DNA of 61,555 nucleotides from a virus (taxonomy: Duplodnaviria; Caudoviricetes): positions 1-61,555 of the IMG/VR virus record IMGVR_UViG_3300032246_000804; one strand, given 5' to 3'. Shown piece by piece: positions 11,212 through 22,151 of the stretch. The notes beneath the pieces were generated by a model. The model worked only from the letters and a program-made list of their open reading frames with translations. It did no database searches and had not been told where the DNA came from. The translations under genes were made by a program, and so were the position numbers. Numbering within the stretch: position 1 is the stretch's first letter; each line of letters begins with the position of its first letter.

Positions 11212-12877
11212 TAAAGATTCATATCGTGATAATCCACTGCTTAAAAAAGCAGGGGTACAAATTAAGTATTCTAAAGAACAAGTAGAAGAATACATGAAAT
11301 GTTCCAAAGATCCGGTATATTTTGCAGAAAAATACATCAAAATTGTTAACGTTGACCAAGGTCTTATGCCATTTAAGATGTGGCCATTTCAAAAAGACAT
11401 GATTCGATTATACCATGAAAATCGTTTTGCCATCACCAAATGTCCTCGTCAGGTTGGTAAGACAACAACCTCGGTCGCATATCTTCTTTGGCTGACACTG
11501 TTCACAGACTCACAGAACATTGCAGTCCTGGCGAACAAGGGATCACTTGCAAGAGACATTCTGGCCAAATATCAGTTAGCTTATGAGAATCTTCCGATAT
11601 GGTTGCAACAGGGTATCATCACATGGAATAAAGGTAATGTAGAACTTGAAAATGGTTCTAAGATTATTGCCGCTTCAACTTCATCATCCGCAGTTCGTGG
11701 AGGTTCTTTCAACGTAGTATTCTTGGATGAATTTGCTTTCGTTCCTGCAAATATTGCAAATGAGTTCTTTAACTCAGTTTATCCTGTTATTTCTTCTGGT
11801 AAATCAACCAAGATTATTATTGTATCTACGCCAAACGGCATGAATCTGTTCTATAAACTTTGGATGGATGCAATTGGTAAGAAAAACGGATATAAAACAT
11901 TCTCAATTCATTGGTCAATGGTACCAGGTCGTGATGAAAAGTGGAAAGAAGAAACAATTAAAAATACTTCTCTTGAACAGTTTAGACAAGAATTTGAATG
12001 TGAATTCTTAGGTTCAACAAACACTTTGATTTCTGGAGAAAAACTTCAACAGTTGGCATACATGGATGCAATCTATGAACACGATAAAGTTAAAATCTAT
12101 CAACAGCCAATAAAAGAAATCGACAACGGAAAAGACCATCTATATGCAATGACAGTTGACGTTTCAGAAGGTAAAAACATGGACTGCTCTGCATTCAGTG
12201 TTTTTGACATATCGAATATACCATACAAACAAGTTGCAACATACCACAGTTCGTCAATTTCACCTGTATTGTTTCCAACAATCATATACAATACTGCTAA
12301 ATTGTATAACGATGCATATGTTTTGGTAGAAATTAACAATACTCCACAAATAGCAGACACACTACACAACGATTTAGAATATGAAAACTTGTGGAAAGTA
12401 TTTACAGGCAATAAAAAACCACAGCAACTATCAGCTGGATTTGCAAGAGGCATTCAGTTAGGTCTGAAAATGTCACCTCAAGTAAAAAGAATTGGATGTT
12501 CTAATCTCAAAATGATGATTGAGGGTGACAAACTTTTGATTAATGATTTTGATACAATTTCAGAATTGACCACTTTTGTAGCAGAAAAGAATTCATTTGC
12601 GGCTGAAGAAGGTGCAAATGATGATTTGGTTATGAGTTTGGTTATTTTCTCATGGTTGACTACACAAACTTATTTCAAAGAGATTGTAAGTCATGATATT
12701 CGCAAACAGATTCAGTTAGAAACAATGAATCAAGTTGACGATGAAGGTTTGCCTGAAATGATTTTGGAAGATGGTTTACAAACGCAACTTGAATTATTGG
12801 ACGGTGATTTGTGGGATTCAAGTGTTGGAGGAGATACATATGGTTCCTTCATGCGAGATATGATGCGAAATCTATAA
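11204..12877 (+). CDS. gp17: Terminase large subunit gp17
   Basis: PRQVGKTT Walker A, VFLDEFAF Walker B, STPNG, nuclease-domain DDLVMSL. Confidence 0.97.
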   Translation: MINKDSYRDNPLLKKAGVQIKYSKEQVEEYMKCSKDPVYFAEKYIKIVNVDQGLMPFKMWPFQKDMIRLYHENRFAITKCPRQVGKTTTSVAYLLWLTLFTDSQNIAVLANKGSLARDILAKYQLAYENLPIWLQQGIITWNKGNVELENGSKIIAASTSSSAVRGGSFNVVFLDEFAFVPANIANEFFNSVYPVISSGKSTKIIIVSTPNGMNLFYKLWMDAIGKKNGYKTFSIHWSMVPGRDEKWKEETIKNTSLEQFRQEFECEFLGSTNTLISGEKLQQLAYMDAIYEHDKVKIYQQPIKEIDNGKDHLYAMTVDVSEGKNMDCSAFSVFDISNIPYKQVATYHSSSISPVLFPTIIYNTAKLYNDAYVLVEINNTPQIADTLHNDLEYENLWKVFTGNKKPQQLSAGFARGIQLGLKMSPQVKRIGCSNLKMMIEGDKLLINDFDTISELTTFVAEKNSFAAEEGANDDLVMSLVIFSWLTTQTYFKEIVSHDIRKQIQLETMNQVDDEGLPEMILEDGLQTQLELLDGDLWDSSVGGDTYGSFMRDMMRNL

Positions 12878-12888
12878 AAATAACGATT

Positions 12889-12896
12889 CATAAATA
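12889..12896 (+). promoter_or_regulatory. Late promoter-like motif (CATAAATA)
   Basis: Intergenic, upstream of gp18. Confidence 0.55.
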
Positions 12897-12949
12897 ATTC
12901 ATTGGTATAAACTGCCATATAACAGAATAAAATCAAGGAGAAGACACAA

Positions 12950-14719
12950 ATGGCGCAAATAGCTCAATTATCTCCAGGCGTAATTACAACAGAAACCAAC
13001 TTAACAACAGTTGTTCCTTCAGTTTTAACTACAGCCGGTGCGTATGCTGGAGCCTTTAACTGGGGTCCAGGAAAATCAATTACATCAGTTGACAGTGAAA
13101 GAACACTTATTAATGTTTTCAATCAACCAGATTCTAATACAGCTTCTTCTTTTTGGACAGCAGCTTCGTTCTTAGCTTATGGAAACAATCTTCAAGTTGT
13201 TCGTGCGGTTAATTCAGGCACATTGAATGCTGTTGCTGCAGGTGCAGGTTACCAAGTTCTTAACAAAGATGCATTCCAATATACATTGTTAAACTCTGGT
13301 GCAAGTAATTCTTATGGTGCTTTTATAGCACGTTATCCTGGTGCTTTAGGAAATTCATTAACTGTTTCCGTTATTGATGCTGGTGCTAGTGCTAATCAAT
13401 ATTCTTCTTGGAACATTGCATTGTATAATGTCACAGGTTCAAATTTTGCGAATGTTGCATTGGCGGGATTCTTCAATTCTATACCAAGCACAAGTTACAG
13501 TACTACTCAAGTTGGTGGTGCAAATGACCAAATCCATATTGCGGTTGTTGATACTGGCGGATTACTTTCAGGAACAAAAGGAACAGTTTTAGAAACATTT
13601 AGTTATCTTTCTAAAGCAGTTGATTCAGTAGATTCAACAGGTCAATCTAATTACTATAAAAATGCTATTTTTAATAATTCAAAATACATTTATGCAGTTG
13701 ATCCTGTAAATTTCATCTCAACAAATGGTACATGGGGCCAAAGAGCAGCGAATACAAACTTTGCAGTTTTATCTGGACCTGTCACTTTACCACTTTCTAA
13801 CGGTATAGATACAGCCGTAACAGATGGTGATATTATTTCTGCCATGGCGTATTTTACAGATACAGCACAAACATCAATTTCATTGATAATGACTGGTCCT
13901 TATACAAACACAACAGTACAAACAAGCGCTATTAATATGGCAGCAACTCGTAAAGATGCTGTTGCATTTGTTTCGCCGCCACAAAGTGCAGTTGTTAATA
14001 ATCCAGGAAACGAACAAGCTTCAGTTCTTTCTTGGATGTCAAGCCTTTCTTCATTATCTGGTGGCCCAACAGGTTCATATGGTTTCGCAGATTCAGGATG
14101 GAAATATCTATTTGATCGTTACAATAACAAATATGTTTGGGTTCCGTTGAATGGTGATATTGCAGGACTATGTGTTTATACAGATAATACAACCAATTCT
14201 TGGTATTCACCTGCCGGTTATAGCCGTGGCGTAATTAAGAATGTTATTAAACTTGCATGGAATCCAACGCAATCAAACCGCGATTCTTTGTATCAAGTTG
14301 CTGTTAATCCAATTTCTTCATTCCCAGGAGCAGGAACAGTTTTGTTTGGTGACAAAACAATGCAAACTCAACCTTCTGCATTTGATAGAATCAATGTTCG
14401 TAGATTGTTTATCACTATCGAACAAGCGATTGCAAAAGCTGCTAAGTTTTCATTGTTTGAATTTAATGATGCTTTTACACAAGCACAATTTGTTGCATTA
14501 ATAACTCCTTACTTACGTTCAGTACAAGCACAAAGAGGTATTACCGCATTCCAAGTTGTTTGTGATTCAACAAATAACACACCGTCAGTTGTTAATAATA
14601 ATCAGTTTGTTGGAGACATTTACATTCAACCTTCTCGTTCTATTAACTTTATACAGTTGAATTTTGTTGCAGTTGGTACTGGAGTTAGTTTTACAACAAT
14701 TACTAACACCACAGCGTAA
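12950..14719 (+). CDS. gp18: Tail sheath protein gp18
   Basis: LSPGV...E, WYSPAGYSRG, LFGDKT, FDRINVRRLF, SINFIQLNF. Confidence 0.97.
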   Translation: MAQIAQLSPGVITTETNLTTVVPSVLTTAGAYAGAFNWGPGKSITSVDSERTLINVFNQPDSNTASSFWTAASFLAYGNNLQVVRAVNSGTLNAVAAGAGYQVLNKDAFQYTLLNSGASNSYGAFIARYPGALGNSLTVSVIDAGASANQYSSWNIALYNVTGSNFANVALAGFFNSIPSTSYSTTQVGGANDQIHIAVVDTGGLLSGTKGTVLETFSYLSKAVDSVDSTGQSNYYKNAIFNNSKYIYAVDPVNFISTNGTWGQRAANTNFAVLSGPVTLPLSNGIDTAVTDGDIISAMAYFTDTAQTSISLIMTGPYTNTTVQTSAINMAATRKDAVAFVSPPQSAVVNNPGNEQASVLSWMSSLSSLSGGPTGSYGFADSGWKYLFDRYNNKYVWVPLNGDIAGLCVYTDNTTNSWYSPAGYSRGVIKNVIKLAWNPTQSNRDSLYQVAVNPISSFPGAGTVLFGDKTMQTQPSAFDRINVRRLFITIEQAIAKAAKFSLFEFNDAFTQAQFVALITPYLRSVQAQRGITAFQVVCDSTNNTPSVVNNNQFVGDIYIQPSRSINFIQLNFVAVGTGVSFTTITNTTA

Positions 14720-14747
14720 TAAATATAACAACGAATAGGAGAAAAAA

Positions 14748-15332
14748 ATGGCTTTTCAAATTAGCGATTTTACGCAAAGACTAACAGGAGATGGTGCTCG
14801 TCCAAATCTATTTCAAGTTGTTATGTCTAATATACCAGGTATATCAGGAAACAAATTATCTTTCATGGCAAAATCTGCACAACTTCCAGGATCAACTCTT
14901 GGCACAGTTCCAATGTATTATTTTGGTAGAGAAATGAAATTTGCTGGAAATAGAACTTTTGCCGATTGGTCAATCACTATCATTAATGACGAAGATTTTA
15001 TGATTCGTAATGCAATGGAAGCATGGATGAATGCTATCAATAGTAATGAATCAAATCTAAGAGGAAATCCAGGTGTTTCAATATCTGCAACCGGTCAAAA
15101 TTATACCTCAGATGCACAAGTTTTTCAATATGGTAAAGTTGGTCCAGGTACAGCAAACGGTCCAAATGGTGCTATAAAAGGTTACAATTTTGTTGGTATG
15201 TTTCCTGTTGATTTGTCGCCAATTGATTTAGATTGGGGTACAAATGACCAAATTGAAGAATTTTCGGTAACATTTGCATATCAATACTGGACTACTGGAG
15301 TTAATGGACAAACAACAGGTTTAACTACCTAA
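14748..15332 (+). CDS. gp19: Tail tube protein gp19
   Basis: GARPNLF, YFGREMKFAGNRTFADWSITIINDEDF, IEEFSVTFAYQYW. Confidence 0.96.
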   Translation: MAFQISDFTQRLTGDGARPNLFQVVMSNIPGISGNKLSFMAKSAQLPGSTLGTVPMYYFGREMKFAGNRTFADWSITIINDEDFMIRNAMEAWMNAINSNESNLRGNPGVSISATGQNYTSDAQVFQYGKVGPGTANGPNGAIKGYNFVGMFPVDLSPIDLDWGTNDQIEEFSVTFAYQYWTTGVNGQTTGLTT

Positions 15333-15347
15333 TTTGGTCTACTATAT

Positions 15348-15372
15348 AAAGAGGGCTTCGGTCCTCTTTCTT
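15348..15372 (+). terminator. Probable intrinsic terminator with UUCG loop
   Basis: AAAGAGGGC-TTCG-GTCCTCTTT followed by a U-rich tract. Confidence 0.7.
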
Positions 15373-15400
15373 ATGATTTTTTTGAACGGACTTAAAATAA

Positions 15401-17074
15401 ATGGCAAATAAATTTTCACTTTTTGGTTTTACAATCTCTCGACAAGATAATGAAACTAAACAAGATACACAACAATCATTCTCACCGCCGAGTAATGATG
15501 ATGGTGCATTAACGATTACATCTGCTGCTTATTATGGAACTTATGTTGACTTAGATGGTACTGCAAAGAATGAAGTTGAGTTAATTTCTCGTTATCGTGA
15601 AATGGCAATGCAACCAGAAATCGAATCTGCAATTGATGACATTGTTAATGAAGCGATTTGCCAAGATGATGACGGTAAGATTATTCAAATTATTTTAGAT
15701 GACTTAGATCAACCTGATAAGATCAAGAAAGCCATCAAAGAAGAATTCGGTACTATTTTGCGTATGTTGAACTATACCAAAATGGCACAAGATATATTCC
15801 GTAGATATTACATTGACGGAAAATTATTTTATCATATTATTGTTGACAGAGATGAACCTACAAAAGGTATAAGAGAATTAAGATATATCGACCCACGAAA
15901 AATGCGTAAGATTCGTGAGGTCAAGAAACAAAAAGATGAACGCACTGGCGTAGAAGTTATGAATGTTGTGAATGAATATTACATTTATAATGATAAAGTA
16001 ACTACAGGGAGTTCAACAAGTTATGGCCCAGTTGGTACTAGAATTACTACTGATTCCGTGGTTTCTGTCGTTTCTGGTCTTATGGATTCTCGTAGGGCTG
16101 TTGTGTTATCTTATTTACATAAGGCAATCAAACCCTTAAATCAATTACGTATGATTGAAGATGCGACAGTTATCTATCGTATTTCAAGAGCACCAGAACG
16201 TAGAATTTTTTACATTGACGTTGGTAACTTACCAAAATTGAAAGCAGAACAATATCTACGCGACATTATGGTTAAGTACAAGAACAAGTTAGTGTATGAC
16301 GCTAACACAGGTGAAGTTCGTGATGACCGTAAGTTCTTGTCTATGATGGAAGACTTTTGGTTGCCACGTAGAGAAGGCGGCAAGGGCACAGAGATTACTA
16401 CACTACCAGGTGGACAGAACCTAGGTGAGTTGGAAGACGTTAAGTACTTTGAAAAGAAACTATATAAGTCATTGAATGTTCCAGTGTCCAGACTTGATCC
16501 TAATCAATCAGGGTTTTCTTTGGGACGTGTTGGTGAGATTACTCGTGATGAATTGAAGTTTGCTAAGTTTGTTGGCCGTCAACGTGCCAAGTTTTCTGAT
16601 TTGTTTGACCAATGTCTAAGAGTACAATGTGTACTTAAAGGTATTTGTACAGATGACGAATGGAAATCATTTAGAGAACACATTCATTATAACTTTATCA
16701 AAGACAATAATTTCACTGAGCTTAAAGAAGCTGAGTTGATGAAAGAAAGATTGTCTTTGTTGGGTGAGGTTGATCCATATACTGGTCGTTATTTCTCGCA
16801 AGCATGGATTCAACGTAATGTATTGCGTTTAAATGATGATGAAATTGGTGTTATGCAGAAAGAAATGGAAGAAGAAAAAGATGCTGGATTTGGTTTACCA
16901 GTAGCAGTAACAACAGATGTTGCATCACAACAAATGTTAGGACAACTAGATATGGAGAAGAATGCTCACCAAGCAGATTTGGATAAAAAAGTTAATCAGG
17001 CAAAGGAAAAAAATCCTCAAAAAGAAGATTTTAAACCTACATTAGAAATAGTAAAAAAAGTTTTAGGAGAATAA
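15401..17074 (+). CDS. gp20: Portal vertex protein gp20
   Basis: IYRISRAPERRIFYIDVGNLPK, EDFWLPRREGGKGTEITTLPGG, EITRDELKF. Confidence 0.98.
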   Translation: MANKFSLFGFTISRQDNETKQDTQQSFSPPSNDDGALTITSAAYYGTYVDLDGTAKNEVELISRYREMAMQPEIESAIDDIVNEAICQDDDGKIIQIILDDLDQPDKIKKAIKEEFGTILRMLNYTKMAQDIFRRYYIDGKLFYHIIVDRDEPTKGIRELRYIDPRKMRKIREVKKQKDERTGVEVMNVVNEYYIYNDKVTTGSSTSYGPVGTRITTDSVVSVVSGLMDSRRAVVLSYLHKAIKPLNQLRMIEDATVIYRISRAPERRIFYIDVGNLPKLKAEQYLRDIMVKYKNKLVYDANTGEVRDDRKFLSMMEDFWLPRREGGKGTEITTLPGGQNLGELEDVKYFEKKLYKSLNVPVSRLDPNQSGFSLGRVGEITRDELKFAKFVGRQRAKFSDLFDQCLRVQCVLKGICTDDEWKSFREHIHYNFIKDNNFTELKEAELMKERLSLLGEVDPYTGRYFSQAWIQRNVLRLNDDEIGVMQKEMEEEKDAGFGLPVAVTTDVASQQMLGQLDMEKNAHQADLDKKVNQAKEKNPQKEDFKPTLEIVKKVLGE

Positions 17075-17075
17075 A

Positions 17076-17468
17076 ATGGACGCAACAAGAAATCTAATCG
17101 ACTACGCAATGGATGATAATGGCGTAGAATTCCGTAGCCAACTTTACGCTACTATCCATGATAAGGTAACTGCTGCTATTGAAGCAAAGAAACAAGAAAT
17201 TGCTGGTAGTTTGATTCGCCAAGAAGAAAAAGAACATTCTGATGCAGCTGAAGATAAGAAAATGATTGATAAAGAAATCAAAAAGAAAATGAAAACAGAA
17301 GAATCTGATGAAGAAAAAGGTGAGAAAGCTGAAAAGAAAGAAGAAAGACCAAATCAATCTAAAGGTCCTTCTGCTTTAGGTTCTCATTTTGGAAGAAAAT
17401 CCAGTTCAGGTGGAAAAACAACAGAAACAAAAACTGGCCGCGTACATACAAGCGGTGACAGATACTAA
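17076..17468 (+). CDS. Prohead core protein (gp67-like)
   Basis: Small, highly charged protein directly after the portal gene; assignment is positional. Confidence 0.55.
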   Translation: MDATRNLIDYAMDDNGVEFRSQLYATIHDKVTAAIEAKKQEIAGSLIRQEEKEHSDAAEDKKMIDKEIKKKMKTEESDEEKGEKAEKKEERPNQSKGPSALGSHFGRKSSSGGKTTETKTGRVHTSGDRY

Positions 17469-17482
17469 AATTGGAATAAAAT

Positions 17483-18034
17483 ATGGCAAATGCATACTCA
17501 TATCAAGTTTTAAAAGATGATACACAACATGTGGTCATTAAAATAACAGGCAAGTTTGATGGTACAGGCCAAGAAGCTAATGCTGTAAGAATACAAGCAA
17601 ATTCTTTTTCCGGAGCATTAGCAACTAATGGTTATCCAGTAGCAAATACTCAACCAAGTGGAGTAGCTAATACTGCTTTGCCCTATTATGGTTTATCTGT
17701 TCATCGTATGTGGTTTGATTGTACAAATTCAAATTCAGCTGACGTTGAATTGTATTGGAACGCAGCAACTCCACAAACACTTATGATGTTAAGTGGTGTT
17801 GCTGAATATGATGGAAATGGTAATTGGATAACAATTCCAAATCCAACTATTGGAACTTCTGGCGCAAAAGGTGATATTGGAATTGCAACTAGAGGAATGG
17901 TAGCAAACAATTCCTACACAATCATTATGGAATTACGCAAACACAATGAATATTATTCTCGTGGACAATTTGCTGATCCTGCAGCATTCAACTATAAACC
18001 ATACGGTTTAACACCAGGTCCTAACGGAGCATAA
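17483..18034 (+). CDS. Hypothetical head-module protein
   Basis: 183-aa ORF between gp20 and gp21 with typical codon usage; no recognised motif. Confidence 0.6.
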   Translation: MANAYSYQVLKDDTQHVVIKITGKFDGTGQEANAVRIQANSFSGALATNGYPVANTQPSGVANTALPYYGLSVHRMWFDCTNSNSADVELYWNAATPQTLMMLSGVAEYDGNGNWITIPNPTIGTSGAKGDIGIATRGMVANNSYTIIMELRKHNEYYSRGQFADPAAFNYKPYGLTPGPNGA

Positions 18035-18035
18035 A

Positions 18036-18680
18036 ATGAAGTTAATTAAAGAAATTCAAGAAACTGTCAATTATATTACTGAAGGTGCCGACGGTAAAAA
18101 AGAACTATACATTGAAGGACCATTTCTTGTTTCTGAAAAGAAAAACAAGAATGGCCGCTTGTATGAATACAATACGATGAAAAAAGAAGTTCATCGTTAT
18201 ACTACAGAATATATTAACAAGAATCGTGCTTTTGGTGAACTTGGACATCCAGATTCACCAACAATCAATTTAGACCGTGTATCTCACATGATTGTGGGTT
18301 TACGTGAAGACGGCACTCAATGGATTGGTAAAGCAAAGATTTTAGAAACTCCTATGGGTAACATCGCTCGTCAACTTATTGAAGGCGGTGCATCATTAGG
18401 TGTTTCATCAAGAGGCATGGGTTCATTGAAGAATGTTAACGGTGTTAATGTTGTTCAGAACGATTTTTATCTGGCCACAGCGGCGGATATTGTAGCAGAC
18501 CCTTCTGCGCCTGGAGCTTTTGTTCAAGGCATAATGGAAGGAAAAGAATGGATGTTGGTAAATGGTGTATGGACTGAAGTAGATCACGCCGAAGCAATTA
18601 GAGAAATCACAAAAGCTTCACAAGCGGATATCGAAGCAGTAAGTCTTCGCATATTTGAAAACTTCATGAAAAAACTTTAA
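18036..18680 (+). CDS. gp21: Prohead protease gp21
   Basis: AFGELGHP, LGVSSRGMGS, ADIVADPSAPGAFV. Confidence 0.97.
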   Translation: MKLIKEIQETVNYITEGADGKKELYIEGPFLVSEKKNKNGRLYEYNTMKKEVHRYTTEYINKNRAFGELGHPDSPTINLDRVSHMIVGLREDGTQWIGKAKILETPMGNIARQLIEGGASLGVSSRGMGSLKNVNGVNVVQNDFYLATAADIVADPSAPGAFVQGIMEGKEWMLVNGVWTEVDHAEAIREITKASQADIEAVSLRIFENFMKKL

Positions 18681-18682
18681 AC

Positions 18683-18690
18683 TATAAATA
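18683..18690 (+). promoter_or_regulatory. T4-type late promoter TATAAATA
   Basis: Exact consensus upstream of gp22. Confidence 0.8.
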
Positions 18691-18717
18691 AATAATCTAA
18701 ATCAAGGAGATTTTTAA

Positions 18718-19920
18718 ATGACAACCAGATTTAAACTGTCAGAAGCCGCTACTGCTATTCTAGAAGGTGCTAAAGAAACTTTCGATTCAAATATTGCAGC
18801 AAAACGTGGCGCACAAGGACAAGACGCTCATAAAAACGGCGCAGTTGGTACTAATAGACTTTCAGCATCTACAGCATATGGCTCACATGATGCAGGTATT
18901 GTTGGACATTCACCAGAAGAAATGAATGATGATTTACCAGATTACTTAAAAGGTACACCATCAGCTACACCTCCAGGTGCAACACCTCCAGTTGGTGCTC
19001 AAAAAGATGGTGTTGGTGCTGCTAAACCAAAAAATCAACCGCAAGAAACAATGGGTCGTAAAGATGTTATGGCACCAGCACAATCTACTGCTGACCAATA
19101 CGATTCAATCCGTGACCGTGTTGCATCACCAAAAGCAAAACAAACTATGCAAGCAAATCCAGGCGCAACATTCCAATCTTATTCAGAAGATTTGGATATG
19201 TCTGATGACGTTAATGCATTGCTAGAAGGCGAAAATCTTTCAGAAGAATTCAAACAAAAAGCAACCACAATCTTTGAAGCAGCAGTTATGTCTCGCATTG
19301 AAGTTATTGCTGAACAAGTTGAACAACAACTAGTTGAACAATTCGAATCTGCTGTTGAAGAAATCAAAGAAGACCTAGCAGGTAAAGTTGATGAATATCT
19401 AAACTATATGGTTAATGAGTGGATGGAACAAAACGAATTGGCTGTTGATACAGGTCTACGTGCAGAAATTGCAGAAGACTTCATTGGTGGTCTAAAGAAT
19501 CTATTCATCGAACACTATATTGATATTCCAGAAGATAAAGTTGATGTTGTTTCAGAAATGGCACAAAAAGTTTCAGAACTTGAAGATGCTCTTAATGAAC
19601 AAATCACAAAAGGTATCGAGTTAACTAAACAGTTAAACGAACAAAAGAAAGTCGAAGCCGTTTATGAAGCGTGCGATGGCTTAACACAAACCCAAGTAGA
19701 AAAATTAAAATCACTCGCAGAGGGTGTGGAATTTACTACGGAAGATGAATTTGCAATTAAATTGGAAACTTTGAAATCTTCATATTTCAAAGAGTCAGTT
19801 GTTGTTGCTGAAGATTCAGCTTTAGATGAAGTGTTGATTGAAGAAGAAAAGAAGACACCGCGCTCTTCTGATCCAATGATTGACCAATATGTCCAAGGCA
19901 TTTCAAAATCACTAAAGTAA
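18718..19920 (+). CDS. gp22: Prohead core scaffold gp22
   Basis: LSEEFKQKATTIFEAAV, VDEYLNYMVNEWM, FIGGLKNLFIEH; acidic coiled coil. Confidence 0.93.
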   Translation: MTTRFKLSEAATAILEGAKETFDSNIAAKRGAQGQDAHKNGAVGTNRLSASTAYGSHDAGIVGHSPEEMNDDLPDYLKGTPSATPPGATPPVGAQKDGVGAAKPKNQPQETMGRKDVMAPAQSTADQYDSIRDRVASPKAKQTMQANPGATFQSYSEDLDMSDDVNALLEGENLSEEFKQKATTIFEAAVMSRIEVIAEQVEQQLVEQFESAVEEIKEDLAGKVDEYLNYMVNEWMEQNELAVDTGLRAEIAEDFIGGLKNLFIEHYIDIPEDKVDVVSEMAQKVSELEDALNEQITKGIELTKQLNEQKKVEAVYEACDGLTQTQVEKLKSLAEGVEFTTEDEFAIKLETLKSSYFKESVVVAEDSALDEVLIEEEKKTPRSSDPMIDQYVQGISKSLK

Positions 19921-19959
19921 TAAATAAAAAATCAATTTCACACTAAGGAGAAAACCCTC

Positions 19960-21297
19960 ATGTATATGACAGAAGAACTACAAAAGAAATGGGCTCCAGT
20001 TCTAGAACATTCAGAACTAACGTCCATTACCGACCCATACAAGAAAGCAGTTACTGCTCTTGTTTTGGAAAACCAACACCAAGCAATGCGTCAAGACCGT
20101 CAGGCTTTGAACGAAACTTTGTCTGACTCTGGTCCTACAAACGTTGCTGGTGGTATCTCTAACTTTGACCCAATCTTAATCAGCTTGGTTCGTCGTTCAT
20201 TGCCTAATCTAATTGCTTATGACGTTGCTGGTGTTCAACCAATGACTGGTCCTACAGGTTTGATTTTCGCAATGCGCGCTCGTTACAATGCTCAAGGTTC
20301 AGGCAATGCAGAAGCATTCTACAACGAAGCTAACACTGTATTCTCTGGCAGCAGCTCTGCACAAAACCCATACGGTTTCACAGGCAACACAACCACAGAT
20401 ACTGCAACTACTTTCCAAAACAACGTTCTTGCTGGTTCTAATACTACTACAGGTATTGCAATCCCAACAGCGAACGCTGAATTGTTAGGTTCAGAAGCAG
20501 GTGCAGCATTCCAACAAATGGCATTCTCTATTGAGAAAGTTACTGTTACTGCTCAAAGCCGTGCGTTGAAAGCTGAATACTCACTAGAACTTGCACAAGA
20601 CTTGAAAGCTATCCACGGTTTGGATGCTGAAACAGAATTGAGCAACATTCTTTCTACTGAGATTCTTGCTGAAATCAACCGTGAAGTTATCCGTACAATC
20701 TACAACGTAGCAAAAATTGGTGCTCAGTACGGTACAACAACCGCAGGTTACTTTGACTTAGATACAGACTCTAACGGCCGTTGGTCTGTAGAACGTTTCA
20801 AAGGTTTGATTTTCCAAGTTGAGCGTGATGCAAACGTAATTGCAAAACAAACTCGTCGCGGTAAAGGTAACGTAATGATCGTTTCTTCAGATGTTGCTTC
20901 TGCAATGGCAATGGCTGGCGTTCTTTCTTACACACCTGCTCTACAGGCTGATTTGCAAGTTGATGACACTGGTAATACCTTCGCAGGTTTGTTACACGGT
21001 CGTATCAAAGTGTACATCGATCCATACTATGGTGGTTACACATCTAACCAAGAGTTGGTGACAATCGGTTATAAGGGTTCTTCTCCTTATGACGCTGGTC
21101 TATTCTACTGCCCATACGTTCCTCTACAAATGGTTCGTGCAGTTGACCAGTTCACATTCCAACCAAAGATTGGTTTCAAGACTCGTTACGGCATGGTTGC
21201 AAACCCATTTGCTGAAGGTCTAACTGCTGGTAACGGCCGTTTGAACTCTCAGTCAAACGTGTACTACCGTTTGTTCGCAGTTAAGAACCTAATGTAA
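19960..21297 (+). CDS. gp23: Major capsid protein gp23
   Basis: GVQPMTGPTGLIFAMR, SRALKAEYSLELAQDLKAIHGLDAE, FQPKIGFKTRYG. Confidence 0.99.
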   Translation: MYMTEELQKKWAPVLEHSELTSITDPYKKAVTALVLENQHQAMRQDRQALNETLSDSGPTNVAGGISNFDPILISLVRRSLPNLIAYDVAGVQPMTGPTGLIFAMRARYNAQGSGNAEAFYNEANTVFSGSSSAQNPYGFTGNTTTDTATTFQNNVLAGSNTTTGIAIPTANAELLGSEAGAAFQQMAFSIEKVTVTAQSRALKAEYSLELAQDLKAIHGLDAETELSNILSTEILAEINREVIRTIYNVAKIGAQYGTTTAGYFDLDTDSNGRWSVERFKGLIFQVERDANVIAKQTRRGKGNVMIVSSDVASAMAMAGVLSYTPALQADLQVDDTGNTFAGLLHGRIKVYIDPYYGGYTSNQELVTIGYKGSSPYDAGLFYCPYVPLQMVRAVDQFTFQPKIGFKTRYGMVANPFAEGLTAGNGRLNSQSNVYYRLFAVKNLM

Positions 21298-21331
21298 TTA
21301 GGACTTAAAGCCTCCATTAAGAGAGGCACTT

Positions 21332-21360
21332 AAAAAGGGACTTTCGAGTCCCTTTTTTTT
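21332..21360 (+). terminator. Intrinsic terminator after gp23
   Basis: AAAAAGGGAC-TTTCGA-GTCCC-TTTTTTTT. Confidence 0.9.
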
Positions 21361-21400
21361 GGCGCCTAAATAGTTGTATGTTATTTTTTAAGGATGTCGA

Positions 21401-21607
21401 ATGTTTAAGTTTATCAAATCTTTTTTTACAAAAAAAACTCCAGAGGTTGCACCTATTGTAGAAGAACCAAAAGTTTTACCTGAAGTTTCAAATCCTATTA
21501 TTCATACTATGGTAATTACAGCAGAAGATTCTAAGCATATTGTTGCTGAACCTGCAAGGCCTGAAAAGAAAAAACGCAAATCAACTAAACCAAAACAAGA
21601 AAAATAA
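21401..21607 (+). CDS. Small hypothetical protein with basic C-terminus
   Basis: AAGGA SD; late-like CCTAAATA at 21365-21372; stop overlaps next ATG. Confidence 0.6.
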   Translation: MFKFIKSFFTKKTPEVAPIVEEPKVLPEVSNPIIHTMVITAEDSKHIVAEPARPEKKKRKSTKPKQEK

Positions 21608-22134
21608 TGACTGCATTATTAAGAACTCCTAGTAATACAAACTTACTGCAACCTTCCAAGTTTATCTTGGCATTCAATCGTTTGCCAACGGTTCAGTTTT
21701 TTTGTCAAGAAGCTAATTTACCAGGAGTAACACTTGGTGCAACAGAGTTTGCAACGCCCTTACGTGATGTACCTATTGCAGGGAATAAATTGTCTTACAA
21801 TGAATTTGATATAACTTTTATGGTAGATGAAGAATTAAAATCTTGGAATGAACTGTATAAATGGTTGTTGGCAATTGGTTCTCCAAAAAGTATGAATGAG
21901 AGACAATCACTAAACAGTAAACAAAATGCAAATTCAACAGAATATAGTTATTATTCCGATTCGTCTTTAACGATTATGTCTGCCCTAAATAATCCGTTAT
22001 TGAGAGTAAACTTTCAAAGAATGTTTCCTATTTCTATTTCAGACATCAAATTTGATACACAATTAAGTGCTGATACGATTGTAACTGCAACTGCAACATT
22101 TCAATATGAGTTTTTTGAAATAACACCTGCTTAA
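21607..22134 (+). CDS. gp3: Tail completion/tube terminator gp3-like protein
   Basis: FFCQEANLPG, FMVDEELKSWNELYKW, FPISISDIKF. Confidence 0.82.
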   Translation: MTALLRTPSNTNLLQPSKFILAFNRLPTVQFFCQEANLPGVTLGATEFATPLRDVPIAGNKLSYNEFDITFMVDEELKSWNELYKWLLAIGSPKSMNERQSLNSKQNANSTEYSYYSDSSLTIMSALNNPLLRVNFQRMFPISISDIKFDTQLSADTIVTATATFQYEFFEITPA

Positions 22135-22151
22135 CTTTAACTTTTTATATT